IMG/VR virus record: IMGVR_UViG_3300044272_000956
Location: 1 to 35,248 of that record
Reading direction: 5' to 3' (one strand)
Source of the DNA: a virus
Lineage: Duplodnaviria > Caudoviricetes
Length of the DNA: 35,248 bases
The notes under the pieces are model-generated. The model saw nothing but the letters and a program-made list of their open reading frames with translations, made no database searches and was not told the origin of the DNA. The position numbers were made by a program, and so were the translations under genes. Within the stretch, counting starts at the first letter, position 1. Each line of letters starts with the position of its first letter. Of the stretch, positions 17,875-27,401 are shown piece by piece.

Positions 17875-18612
17875 ATGGCAAGCGTAAGAGAAGTTTACAA
17901 TGCACTGAAAGACATCGCTAATAAAGACCAGCGAGGCTTTGTTACACCCGCTCAATTCAATGCGTTTGCACCTATTGCGCAATCCAACATTTTCAATCGG
18001 CTGTTCACTAAGCTCAGCAACATTGAAGCCTTGAGAAGACGGGGTATTGACCCCGGCAGAGACAAGTCTCTAGCCAAGCAGATTAAGGAGGACTTGGCAA
18101 TGTTTTCGAAGTCGTCCGGTGCAATTACCAGAACGTCTGGTTCTCACTTTGCAAAGCCCGACGACCTCTCCAAAATCATCACAGTAAAGACACACGGCTC
18201 CATCCTCATGGATGTGTCGTCATCTGTTACTATTCCCGTGGAGTACGACGAGGAGAAACTTGAGTACATCCTCAAGAGCAATCTAAGCAAGCCAACAGAA
18301 GACAATCCTGTTGCGTTCTTGGATGATGAAATCATGGTGTTCCCAGACAGCATCAAGAAAATCAATGTTCGATACTACAAGCAACCCGAAGGCTTGAACG
18401 CCAGCACGGGTGCTAGAACTGTGTCTATGCCCACGTTTGGCTTCACCACCACCAACAACAAGGAGGTGTATCAGGCTTCTACCAGTGTGGACTTTGAGTT
18501 GCCAGAGCACTACGTTCCTGAGATTGTCGAGGAAATGGCTAGGCTTATCGGTGTTACACTGCGTGACGCTAACATCTACAACTACGCAGAAACTCAATCG
18601 CAAAAGAGATAA
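17875..18612 (+). CDS. Putative tail ring/adaptor protein
   Basis: 245 aa with NKDQRGFVTPAQFN, VRYYKQP and DFELPE. Position matches ring/head-tail connector genes. Confidence 0.65.
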   Translation: MASVREVYNALKDIANKDQRGFVTPAQFNAFAPIAQSNIFNRLFTKLSNIEALRRRGIDPGRDKSLAKQIKEDLAMFSKSSGAITRTSGSHFAKPDDLSKIITVKTHGSILMDVSSSVTIPVEYDEEKLEYILKSNLSKPTEDNPVAFLDDEIMVFPDSIKKINVRYYKQPEGLNASTGARTVSMPTFGFTTTNNKEVYQASTSVDFELPEHYVPEIVEEMARLIGVTLRDANIYNYAETQSQKR

Positions 18613-18615
18613 CAC

Positions 18616-19437
18616 ATGGCAAGGAACCTCGTCACCGTAGACCAAGTGGTTAATGACTTTGTTCTGACCCTTGACTCTGATGATTACGTCAGCAACGCTT
18701 CTGATGTAGTTATCAGGAACCTTGCCCTGCGCGGAATCAGAGAGATGGGATTCGACATGCTGAAGCGCGTGCGCTCAGTGAAGTTGAACAGAAACAGCAA
18801 CGACACCGTTGACTTGCCAGATGACTTTGTGAGTCTAATTAAGATTGGCATCGTGGGTGACGACGGCTTGGTTCATGTGTTTGCCGAAAACAAGAACATT
18901 GACTACGCTCAAGCCTACGCAAACAGCAGTGGCACCAAGGTGTCTTCTACAGCTGATGCGGTTGACTCTGATGGTGACGGTGTGTTTGACAGGGTAGATG
19001 ACAAAGGAACTACCACTGGTGGTGTCTTCGGAGATGAGGACTTCATCACCTTTAGCAACTACGTCTTTCAGGGCGGCATCGGTCAGATTTACGGTCTTGG
19101 AGGTGGATTCTACGAGGGTCAGTACAGACTCAACGAAGACCAGAACAGGATTGAGCTGTCCGCAGGGTCGGGCAATGAAATCGTTATTGAGTACATCGCA
19201 GACGAGGCCCGCTCTTCAAACCCCACGGTTCATGTGGAGGCTGAGGAGGCTTTGCGTTCTTACATGTACTACAGGCTCATCGAAAGAAAAGCCAGTGTGC
19301 CACTTGGAGAAAAGGGCAGAGCAAGACAGGAGTACTACAACGAAAGAAGAAAGGCGAATGCTAGGCTGAAGGCGTTTAGCAAAGAGGACGCGCTCCAGAC
19401 TATTCGCAAGAACTTCAAGCAAGCACCTAAATACTAA
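18616..19437 (+). CDS. Putative tail tubular/ring protein
   Basis: 273 aa with VDLPDDFVSLIKIG and IVIEYIAD. TAATG-coupled to the stabilisation gene. Confidence 0.65.
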   Translation: MARNLVTVDQVVNDFVLTLDSDDYVSNASDVVIRNLALRGIREMGFDMLKRVRSVKLNRNSNDTVDLPDDFVSLIKIGIVGDDGLVHVFAENKNIDYAQAYANSSGTKVSSTADAVDSDGDGVFDRVDDKGTTTGGVFGDEDFITFSNYVFQGGIGQIYGLGGGFYEGQYRLNEDQNRIELSAGSGNEIVIEYIADEARSSNPTVHVEAEEALRSYMYYRLIERKASVPLGEKGRARQEYYNERRKANARLKAFSKEDALQTIRKNFKQAPKY

Positions 19438-22400
19438 TGGCTATTGAGAAGCTTGTACCCCAGTATCTCAACAAGGATGAGGACGAAAGACTCGTAAAGC
19501 CTTTTGAGATGACCGATGCGCTCAACATCCGCGTTTCACACGAGGATGATGGGAATCAAGGCGTGGTAAAAAACGTGGAGGGTAACACCGCTATCGCCGC
19601 AAGAACTTCCGCAGATGCCATCCCAAGCTCTGGCACCAACAGGGTTATTGGCTGTGTGTCATCCGACGCAGAGAAGAGCATCTACTTCTTTCTTTACAAC
19701 TCGGCTGGAACTCACGGTATCTACCTGTATGACTCCTCTGACAACACCTACAGAAAGGTGTACGAGGATGACGTTCTAAATTTTTCTCAGAGCGGTTTCG
19801 TGAAGGCCGACATTGTTGTCAATCAGTTTCAGGAGCACTTGCTCTACTTCACCGACAACAGAAACGAGCCAAGAAAGATTAACGCAACTAAGGCAGTATT
19901 AGGGCAGTACAGCTCTGCATTAACGAACGGAACAGACGACACCAAATCAAGGTTCCTCACTGTTGCTAAGGCACCACCCCAAGAGCCCATTACGTTTGCC
20001 TTCCAGACCAATCAAAGCTTAGGAGTAAACAACCTCAAGGAGTCTTGCTTTCAATTCGCCTATCAATATGTGTACGATGATGGTGAAGTGTCTGCGCTTT
20101 CTGCGTATTCAGCACTAGCTGTAAGTAGGTCGCACACGGCATTTAACTCCAGAGAGTTTGGCTCACTAGAGAAAAGAAACAATGAGCTTAGGCTGACAAT
20201 CACAAATGCTTACGGCCCGGTTGAGAAGATTAGGCTGTTTGGTAGAAAGAACAATGATGGTGCATTCGTGCTAATCAAAGAGCTCGACAATGTTGAGCCG
20301 ATTAGCTTGGGCACACAGACTCAAGAGTTCATTTTTAGAAACGACGGAGCGTACACTTTTCTTTCTGATGAGGAGGTAAACAAGTCTTTTGATGCTGTTC
20401 CCAGAAGGGCTGGTGCTCAGTGTGTCACTGACGGTAGACTAATCTATGGTAACTACCTAGAGGGTTTCGACAACATCGACACCAATGTCTTCAGCTACCC
20501 TGTTTACAATCCCGAAAGCACTCTCGGCGGCGACTACGACTTTACTGTTGATGACAATGATGCTATTGTTAGGTCTCCTATCGCCTTTTACAGCAGTTCA
20601 AGCGGCTCATACAATACAATCTTTTCAGAGGCTTTCTTTGCTCCGCTCAATGGCGTAAGTAACGCCAGTCCAGCAGAATTAGATTTTGCTTCAAACCACC
20701 TTAGCACGTTTGGCTCTGGTTTCACAGACCCGAATAATACCAGCGACACCAGCTTTACAACGACGGGGATTCATTTTGATGTAGACCTTTCTGAGTTTCC
20801 TGAAGGGGGGTTCCCAGAAGACATGTCCCCATCTATTGACTTCAACGTAAATCTGTCTGCGAGCAAGATTGGGATTGTAGGTCATGGGGATGGAGACTCT
20901 GCTATAGGTGTCCCCGCAAGCACGTTTCAAAACGGCCAGCTCGTTCATTCAGGCACTTGCACCATTCTTCACCCAGACAACTCAAACGGAGCCCTTTCAA
21001 ACCTCGCCCCAAACAGCGACATCATCTTTAACAAGCAGTTTGATGTAACTGGTGTCACAACTCTTGATGCTTTTCGAGATGCTCTTATCGACGGGGTGGT
21101 CGGTCAGACCACTTCATTTGTCGGGGTGTCTCCCGGTCAAACTCCAAGCTCTCAAGCTGGAGACCCTTACGGAAACAACCTGTCTTCTAACGACGACAAC
21201 AGGGGTCAGTTTGGTGGTATGACCACTCACATGGCGATTGTTGCGGGCAACAACCACGACCTAATTCCATCAAATGTCAATAACAACGAGCAACTATTCG
21301 TCGCATTTGCTGGTGAGCTCAAGTTCATTATTCACTCCTCGGCAGTAATCTCTCCGACCAAGGTTAGGTTCTTCGTGCGCATGTCTGGTGTTGACCTCAC
21401 ATCTCAAAAGGTCAAGGCCGTTGACAGGGGTTTTGGCTCCACGCAGACAGGAAACCAGTTCATTGATACTTCGAACCACCCTCTGGTTGAGGAGAACTAC
21501 AGTGGTTATGATGTCTACGACATTGACGAACACAGTGTCATTATCAACTCAACGCATACTAACGCTGACGGATTTACTGTAGAGGATTACGATAACGGAA
21601 GCAGCTCAATCAGAACGCTGCTTTTCGATTACGACGCTACAGGAAATGTAGATGTATTTGGGGAGTCTGACAAGGTTCAAAGCTTCAAGGCTGGTGCAAC
21701 ACATGATTTTGGGATTGTCTATTATGACGAGAGAAACAGAGCGTCTGGTGTTCAGAGAATTGACACCGTAGATGTAGCTCACTTCGGGACTTCTCAAAGG
21801 CAGGGAAGGAACGGGCCCGCTGAGATTGACATGAGGCTCTTGCATGAGCCACCGGAGTGGGCATCAAAGTGGGCTCCTGTGTATAGCAAGAACACCAGCT
21901 ACGACAAGATTATGCAGGTGAGTATTGCTGAGGCTTGTTTGGGCAAGCAAACAACTTTCTCCGACATCCTATCACCTCAAAGTGCGGCAGCGGATAGGGA
22001 CAGACCAGTTATTGAGTCCATTGCTGGGGGAATCAACGGTCAAATCTTTATTTCGATGAGGCCAACTGAAGGCAAGGCAAACTCCTACAAGCAATTCAAG
22101 GGGGGACAGCTTGACTATCAGTATCAAGAGGGGGATGTAATGCGCATCATCGAGTATGTTGGCCCAGATGGTAACCGTGTTAGACCGTTGCACGAGTTTG
22201 CAATCACGTCATACAAGTACTACGTCGATGATGACACGAATCCGATTAAGCTGTCGGTACAATCCACAGCTTCCGGTGGTGCTGTTCAAGCAGACGAAAA
22301 CAACTTCCGAAGAACGGGGTGGTTCTTGACCGTCAGAGACAACAACACCCCAAGGTTTACTAGAGATGAGGTTGCTGTAGGTACGGACTTTTTCTCTCAA

Positions 22401-24773
22401 GGGTGCGTGGTGGAAATCTACAGACCCCAAAAGCAACAGGAAAACAGGATTTACTACGAAGTTGGCAAGTGCTATGACATCAAGACGGTAAGCGGAAGTA
22501 GGACGCACGGAGGCTCTCGCAGCAACTCCTCGATTTCTGCATTTAGCATGACGGTTGAGGGCGAGCTTTCGTTTGTCTCTTCTCAAAGGCTGTACAGAGG
22601 TGATAGGGTCAACACTGGCAATAACGGCGATGGTAATGCTATTAGTGCCACTGGTCGCGTCTTTGTTGAGAGTGTAAGGCCGGAGGGTAATGGGCTGTAC
22701 GCATACAAAGTGCATCCATCGAATCCCTTTGATTCTACCACCATAGGAACTACAGCCGCCTCAAACAACGTAGATACTACGGTGGGCAGCTCGAACAGCT
22801 TGTTTCCCGGTGTAGTTACACTCAAGGAGGGTGACGTTTACATGCGTATCAGGGAGCAGCTATTTAATCCTGAGTCGTCGTTTGAGCCAGTGTCTGGAAC
22901 CACTAGGATTTTCGACCCGACAAAGGTTGATGAGGCCAGATACAGGAAGCAGATTGTAGAATCAGAAAGCGTTAGCGACTTCTTTGATTCTAAGGCGATT
23001 GATATAGGCCGACCATTTATTGAGACGGTAGAGCAAAAAGAGATTGTCCGCGAGTCGGCAGTGACGTACAGCGATAGATTTGTTTCTGACTCCAGCAGAC
23101 TCAACCTTTCCTCGTTCAACCCATCGTTATTCCCATTCAAGGACTACAATAGTCAGCACGGAATCATTACCTATTTGGTTGATGCTGGCGAGTCCTTTTT
23201 CAACCTACAAGAGAACAAGATTAGTCTTACTCCGGTAGGAAGAACCCTGATTCAAAGCACGGGTCAGTCTCAGCTCGTCACCTCTACTGACGTACTTGGC
23301 AAGGAGACATACTTGGCTGGTACCTATGGCCCGGGAAGAAACCCAGAGTCAGTGGTCGAAAGGTTTGGTAGGATTTACTTTTCTGACATGTCCTCGGGCA
23401 AGGTCATTGCGGTGACCGCATCTGGCATCAGTGCGATTAGCGACACCAAGATGGAGTCCTTCTTTGAGACGGCCTTCATGAACGCCTTTGAAAGCTCATC
23501 GACACCCAAACTACCCTCAGGTATTGACCCAGAAAACAACGAGCTTATTGTCACTATTGAAAGCACGGACACGGCACCGCTAACCTTTGGAGGCACAGCT
23601 ATTGGGGACATCGTTAAACCTCCAACGAACCCCGACGTTACATCTGCTGACGGCAGGGTGTCAATCGTTCCATCTACCAACACCCTGACTTGGGACAAAG
23701 ACGAATACCCTTGGGATAGTGACCACATTGATGGCGATGACAGAGAGCCCATTTGGGACAAGACTCACGCCGGGGTTGTGTATGCAGACCTTCTCATGAA
23801 GAGGGGCTCTGTTTTCGTTGACCCAATTCATGTTGACAAGGGAGACAAGATAGCTGTAGACGTTGTATTGAGTACGTCAGGAGAGTTTAGAGGGACTGCT
23901 GAGCTGTCGTGTAAGGATGGCTCAATCAAGTTCTGCACTAACATCATTGACATCGGGACTGATGTAGCCTCAGATGCGTCAGATGCCGTGGCTGTAGGCA
24001 GTACCGTCACCAACAACGGAGACACGATTGCATACTCTACAACGAAAGAGTTTTGGATGACGAGGTACAGCTTCATTCCGGAGATGTATGCTCACATTCA
24101 CAATAGATTCTTCTCCTTTGAAGCGGGTCAGATGTACAGGCACAACATCAATACCACGCGAAACAACTTCTACGGGAATCAATTCACCTCAACCATCGAC
24201 GTGGTTTCAAAGCAGTCACCATCCATGGTTAAGGCTTACACAGCCATGAGTATTGAGGGCAACGACACTTGGTCCGGAACCGTAGAAAACGTCACACAAA
24301 CCACGAACATTACGGAGGCAATGTTTGAGGAGAAAGAGGGCATGTACTACACGAACATTCCTAGGGGTATTGCTGCAAACGCCAGCGATTCTATTGGAAC
24401 TGAGCGTGTTGTTTTGGGTGTTGTTGCATCACAAGCAAACAGCAACAAAGAAATTACCTTTACTTCTAGGATTAGCAACCTTCCGTTCGGTCTTGGAGAC
24501 CAAGTAAAGGCAATCACTGGGTCAGGTGAGGGGACAACAAACAAAAGCATAGAATCAATAAAGGACAGAAAGACAATCGTGGTAGATGAAGACCCCGGAA
24601 ACCTAGTTGGTAGCACGCTATTAGCCTTGTCTTCTGATGTAATCAACGGAGAGGTTTTGAGAGATTACTACGCCAAGTTCAAGCTCGTAAATGACAACAC
24701 ATCTGCGATTGAGCTGTACGGGGTCAATGCGGTGTACACACCTTCTCCACTAGATAACTCACAAAACCAGTAA
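19437..24773 (+). CDS. Tail stabilisation / muzzle-type protein (P22 gp10 / crAss-like)
   Basis: 1778 aa. N-terminal LNKDEDERL...DALNIRV, LYFTDNRNEPRKIN, FAYQYVYDDGEVSALS, RLIYGNYLEG, C-terminal FEEKEGMYY and LRDYYAKFKL. Beta-propeller-like composition. Confidence 0.78.
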   Translation: MAIEKLVPQYLNKDEDERLVKPFEMTDALNIRVSHEDDGNQGVVKNVEGNTAIAARTSADAIPSSGTNRVIGCVSSDAEKSIYFFLYNSAGTHGIYLYDSSDNTYRKVYEDDVLNFSQSGFVKADIVVNQFQEHLLYFTDNRNEPRKINATKAVLGQYSSALTNGTDDTKSRFLTVAKAPPQEPITFAFQTNQSLGVNNLKESCFQFAYQYVYDDGEVSALSAYSALAVSRSHTAFNSREFGSLEKRNNELRLTITNAYGPVEKIRLFGRKNNDGAFVLIKELDNVEPISLGTQTQEFIFRNDGAYTFLSDEEVNKSFDAVPRRAGAQCVTDGRLIYGNYLEGFDNIDTNVFSYPVYNPESTLGGDYDFTVDDNDAIVRSPIAFYSSSSGSYNTIFSEAFFAPLNGVSNASPAELDFASNHLSTFGSGFTDPNNTSDTSFTTTGIHFDVDLSEFPEGGFPEDMSPSIDFNVNLSASKIGIVGHGDGDSAIGVPASTFQNGQLVHSGTCTILHPDNSNGALSNLAPNSDIIFNKQFDVTGVTTLDAFRDALIDGVVGQTTSFVGVSPGQTPSSQAGDPYGNNLSSNDDNRGQFGGMTTHMAIVAGNNHDLIPSNVNNNEQLFVAFAGELKFIIHSSAVISPTKVRFFVRMSGVDLTSQKVKAVDRGFGSTQTGNQFIDTSNHPLVEENYSGYDVYDIDEHSVIINSTHTNADGFTVEDYDNGSSSIRTLLFDYDATGNVDVFGESDKVQSFKAGATHDFGIVYYDERNRASGVQRIDTVDVAHFGTSQRQGRNGPAEIDMRLLHEPPEWASKWAPVYSKNTSYDKIMQVSIAEACLGKQTTFSDILSPQSAAADRDRPVIESIAGGINGQIFISMRPTEGKANSYKQFKGGQLDYQYQEGDVMRIIEYVGPDGNRVRPLHEFAITSYKYYVDDDTNPIKLSVQSTASGGAVQADENNFRRTGWFLTVRDNNTPRFTRDEVAVGTDFFSQGCVVEIYRPQKQQENRIYYEVGKCYDIKTVSGSRTHGGSRSNSSISAFSMTVEGELSFVSSQRLYRGDRVNTGNNGDGNAISATGRVFVESVRPEGNGLYAYKVHPSNPFDSTTIGTTAASNNVDTTVGSSNSLFPGVVTLKEGDVYMRIREQLFNPESSFEPVSGTTRIFDPTKVDEARYRKQIVESESVSDFFDSKAIDIGRPFIETVEQKEIVRESAVTYSDRFVSDSSRLNLSSFNPSLFPFKDYNSQHGIITYLVDAGESFFNLQENKISLTPVGRTLIQSTGQSQLVTSTDVLGKETYLAGTYGPGRNPESVVERFGRIYFSDMSSGKVIAVTASGISAISDTKMESFFETAFMNAFESSSTPKLPSGIDPENNELIVTIESTDTAPLTFGGTAIGDIVKPPTNPDVTSADGRVSIVPSTNTLTWDKDEYPWDSDHIDGDDREPIWDKTHAGVVYADLLMKRGSVFVDPIHVDKGDKIAVDVVLSTSGEFRGTAELSCKDGSIKFCTNIIDIGTDVASDASDAVAVGSTVTNNGDTIAYSTTKEFWMTRYSFIPEMYAHIHNRFFSFEAGQMYRHNINTTRNNFYGNQFTSTIDVVSKQSPSMVKAYTAMSIEGNDTWSGTVENVTQTTNITEAMFEEKEGMYYTNIPRGIAANASDSIGTERVVLGVVASQANSNKEITFTSRISNLPFGLGDQVKAITGSGEGTTNKSIESIKDRKTIVVDEDPGNLVGSTLLALSSDVINGEVLRDYYAKFKLVNDNTSAIELYGVNAVYTPSPLDNSQNQ

Positions 24774-24778
24774 ATTTG
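24771..24778 (+). promoter_or_regulatory. -7 element TAAATTTG overlapping the upstream stop codon
   Basis: TAnnTTTG match whose first three bases are the TAA of the 1778-aa gene. ATG follows 5 nt later. Confidence 0.6.
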
Positions 24779-24783
24779 TAGAC

Positions 24784-25716
24784 ATGGGACCATTCGATGA
24801 ACTAGGAGGGGCAGACCCAAACATTCCACCACCACAAACGCCCGACAACACTGGCGGAGGAGGGGGAAGCACATTCTCCCCTGCAACAGCAGCTGTGGGA
24901 ATGATAGGCTCTGGTGTCGCCACTGCTTTAGGTGGTGTTGTAGACATTTTTGCTGGGAGTGCTGGAATTAAAAGAGGTGAAGAGGCACTTGGGGTTGCGG
25001 AGGCAGAGCTAAAAAAGCTCAAGGCTTCTCAGCCATCTCTGTCAACACCCTCAGAGTACTACGAGGCTGCAAAGAATGCCTATGACCAAAGACTGGTTCA
25101 GATGAGAACCGAGGACATTAACCGTTCCTTAGCTACCACAACGCAGGCAGCGGGTCAGTTTGGGGCCAGAGGTCTTGGGGCTGTAATGCAGGCACAAAGA
25201 GACGCTCAATCTCAGATGAGAACGGAAGCCCTAACGCAGCAACAGCTGCAAACACAGGCTCTCACGAACTTGGCCGATGCAAGACAGCAGGAAGTTGCCA
25301 GAAGGGAGGCACGCTCTACAAGAGACCTTGAGTATGGTTACGACGCACAGGCACTAGCACAAGCTCAAGTTGCTCAAGCTAGACAGCAGCGTACAGCAGG
25401 ATTTGCCGGTGCTCTTGGGGGTGCAGCGCAAGCAGGATTGGGCGCATTGGCTCTTGATAAAATGGGTGGATTCGAAGCACTTGCAGCAGAAAAGGGCGCG
25501 AAGGTTCAAAAGACACCGGGTGAATTTAACCACGACACGAATGAGATGTACGTCGTGGACGAGGACGGCAAGTCCGTAGGTATCGCTCTTACTGGTGGCG
25601 AATACGTCATTGCACCAAAAGACGCAGCTCAGTTGAGAAACCTTTCAAATAAAGGCAAATCAGGTCTGCACAAGTTTGTTAGGAAGCTTGTAAACAGATT
25701 CGAAAAGGCAGACTAA
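24784..25716 (+). CDS. Putative internal virion / DNA ejection (cargo) protein
   Basis: 310 aa. Two G/A-rich hydrophobic helices flank a Q-rich coiled coil, followed by a C-terminal TPGEFNH...LTGGEYVIAP domain. Located after the tail genes. Confidence 0.65.
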   Translation: MGPFDELGGADPNIPPPQTPDNTGGGGGSTFSPATAAVGMIGSGVATALGGVVDIFAGSAGIKRGEEALGVAEAELKKLKASQPSLSTPSEYYEAAKNAYDQRLVQMRTEDINRSLATTTQAAGQFGARGLGAVMQAQRDAQSQMRTEALTQQQLQTQALTNLADARQQEVARREARSTRDLEYGYDAQALAQAQVAQARQQRTAGFAGALGGAAQAGLGALALDKMGGFEALAAEKGAKVQKTPGEFNHDTNEMYVVDEDGKSVGIALTGGEYVIAPKDAAQLRNLSNKGKSGLHKFVRKLVNRFEKAD

Positions 25717-25717
25717 C

Positions 25718-27385
25718 ATGGCAGAAGGAACAAGATTTAAGACTGGTTTTCTCCCAGCACCAATAAGCTACACCAACATCGGTGCTCAGATTGGGGACAG
25801 GATTAGCAAGGGCATTCAGAGCATGTCTGATGAGTTTGAGAGAAAAAGAGCTCAGGCAAATCAGACTATGGGATTTACTGATGCCCTAAAGGATGCTGTG
25901 CCTGCGGGCATTACTTCAAGATACCGGCAGGGTGCTCAACTTCTTTTGGATGAGTATCAAAAGGCAGCTACAAAAGCGTATAGAACTGGTGTTCAATCAG
26001 ACATTGACGAGTATCAAAGGCTTCGTGGAGAGTTCATTGAGTTCAAAAACATTGCAACAGCCAAGAGTGCGTTAGATAATCAAACAAGACTGTCAATCGC
26101 ACAGGGTAATTTCAAGAACCTTTCAGGTGGTATTGCAGAAAACTTAGATAAATACAACGAATACTCTAAAGCAGACTACAGCTTCAACCCAGCCACTAGA
26201 CAGCTTGAGGTTACCGCCGACGGAGGTCAAAAGTATTGGAGGGACTCTAACATCGGGGACATGAATGATGTGTTTGTGCCTTCTGTTCTTTGGCAGGGCA
26301 CAGAGTTCATGCCAGAAAAAGTAGGATTGTCAATCTATGAAGACGTTCTACAGCCAAGAGAAGTAGAGCTTCAGAAGAGAACGGATAGGGGTTTTGCCAC
26401 AGGAGAGCTCAAGGATGCGGAAGCCTATGCCTTGATTGATGCCAACCTAAAATCTCGTCAATCTGTTCGAGGAGCTGAAATGCTGGAGGCCATTCAAGTG
26501 ACTGGCTTCAAGAACATTGAGAAGCCGGGAACCATCAACCTCAATGAAGAAGACTTGGCCGATGCTGGGGTAATTTACAATGAGGAGAACTTGTTTGCCA
26601 ATCCTATTGACAAAGACGGAAATTCTATTGGCAGTATTGGTTCTGGCTCCTTGAACAGCTCAGGTGAGTTTGTCTTTGATGTAAGTGATGAGGAGATTTT
26701 GAACTCCGGATTGATGCCAGAAAGTGCCAAGGAGTACATCCGAACGAGACAGGCCATCAAGCTGTACATGGAATCGAGTGCGAAGATTGCGTATGACCGC
26801 ATCAAGAGGGACAATCAGATGTCTTCTGACCTTACAAGCAGACGCACTGATGCTGCCAATGAAGCAAGGCTCGAAGCCACTCTCGAAAAAGACGCTCCAG
26901 CAACAGACCTCATCCCTGTAAAAGATAGACTTACAATTCCTGAGTTTAGGGATGAAAAGAATAACCTTAGAAAGGCAGAAGAGGTAGATGTTTACCGAGT
27001 CCCTGCAAGCGTCAAGGGTAGGGAGTTTAAGTTTGTCGTAGAGGGGCCAGAGCTCACACCAGAAGAGAAAGCGGCTGGTAAAGAGCAAGCTGCTCAGACG
27101 GTTCTCGTTACCAACGCCGTCCTTGATACCAAGGGAAATCTTGTTGCCTACGATATTGCTACTGGACCGGGACTTATTGAGGGGGTGCAGCAAGACATTG
27201 CTGGTCTCGACTTGAGCACAGAAACTGTGTTTAAGAACGACTCAAGGTTTGAGCTAATTAACAGCAAATTCCGTGCTGTTGACCAGCCAACAGGCAGAAG
27301 AATTGGTAGGGACATTTTGGAAGAGGCACAAAACCGAGTGATTCTAGCAGAGTTCAAGGCATCTCAAGAGGGAGGTCAGGAATAA
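25718..27385 (+). CDS. Putative internal virion / ejection protein
   Basis: 555 aa with a helical N-half, lying between the pilot-like gene and the giant ORF. Confidence 0.55.
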   Translation: MAEGTRFKTGFLPAPISYTNIGAQIGDRISKGIQSMSDEFERKRAQANQTMGFTDALKDAVPAGITSRYRQGAQLLLDEYQKAATKAYRTGVQSDIDEYQRLRGEFIEFKNIATAKSALDNQTRLSIAQGNFKNLSGGIAENLDKYNEYSKADYSFNPATRQLEVTADGGQKYWRDSNIGDMNDVFVPSVLWQGTEFMPEKVGLSIYEDVLQPREVELQKRTDRGFATGELKDAEAYALIDANLKSRQSVRGAEMLEAIQVTGFKNIEKPGTINLNEEDLADAGVIYNEENLFANPIDKDGNSIGSIGSGSLNSSGEFVFDVSDEEILNSGLMPESAKEYIRTRQAIKLYMESSAKIAYDRIKRDNQMSSDLTSRRTDAANEARLEATLEKDAPATDLIPVKDRLTIPEFRDEKNNLRKAEEVDVYRVPASVKGREFKFVVEGPELTPEEKAAGKEQAAQTVLVTNAVLDTKGNLVAYDIATGPGLIEGVQQDIAGLDLSTETVFKNDSRFELINSKFRAVDQPTGRRIGRDILEEAQNRVILAEFKASQEGGQE

Positions 27386-27389
27386 TCCG

Positions 27390-27397
27390 TATTTTTG
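27390..27397 (+). promoter_or_regulatory. -7 element TATTTTTG upstream of the giant ORF
   Basis: TAnnTTTG match in the 16-nt gap, 4 nt before ATG 27402. Confidence 0.6.
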
Positions 27398-27401
27398 AGT
27401 C

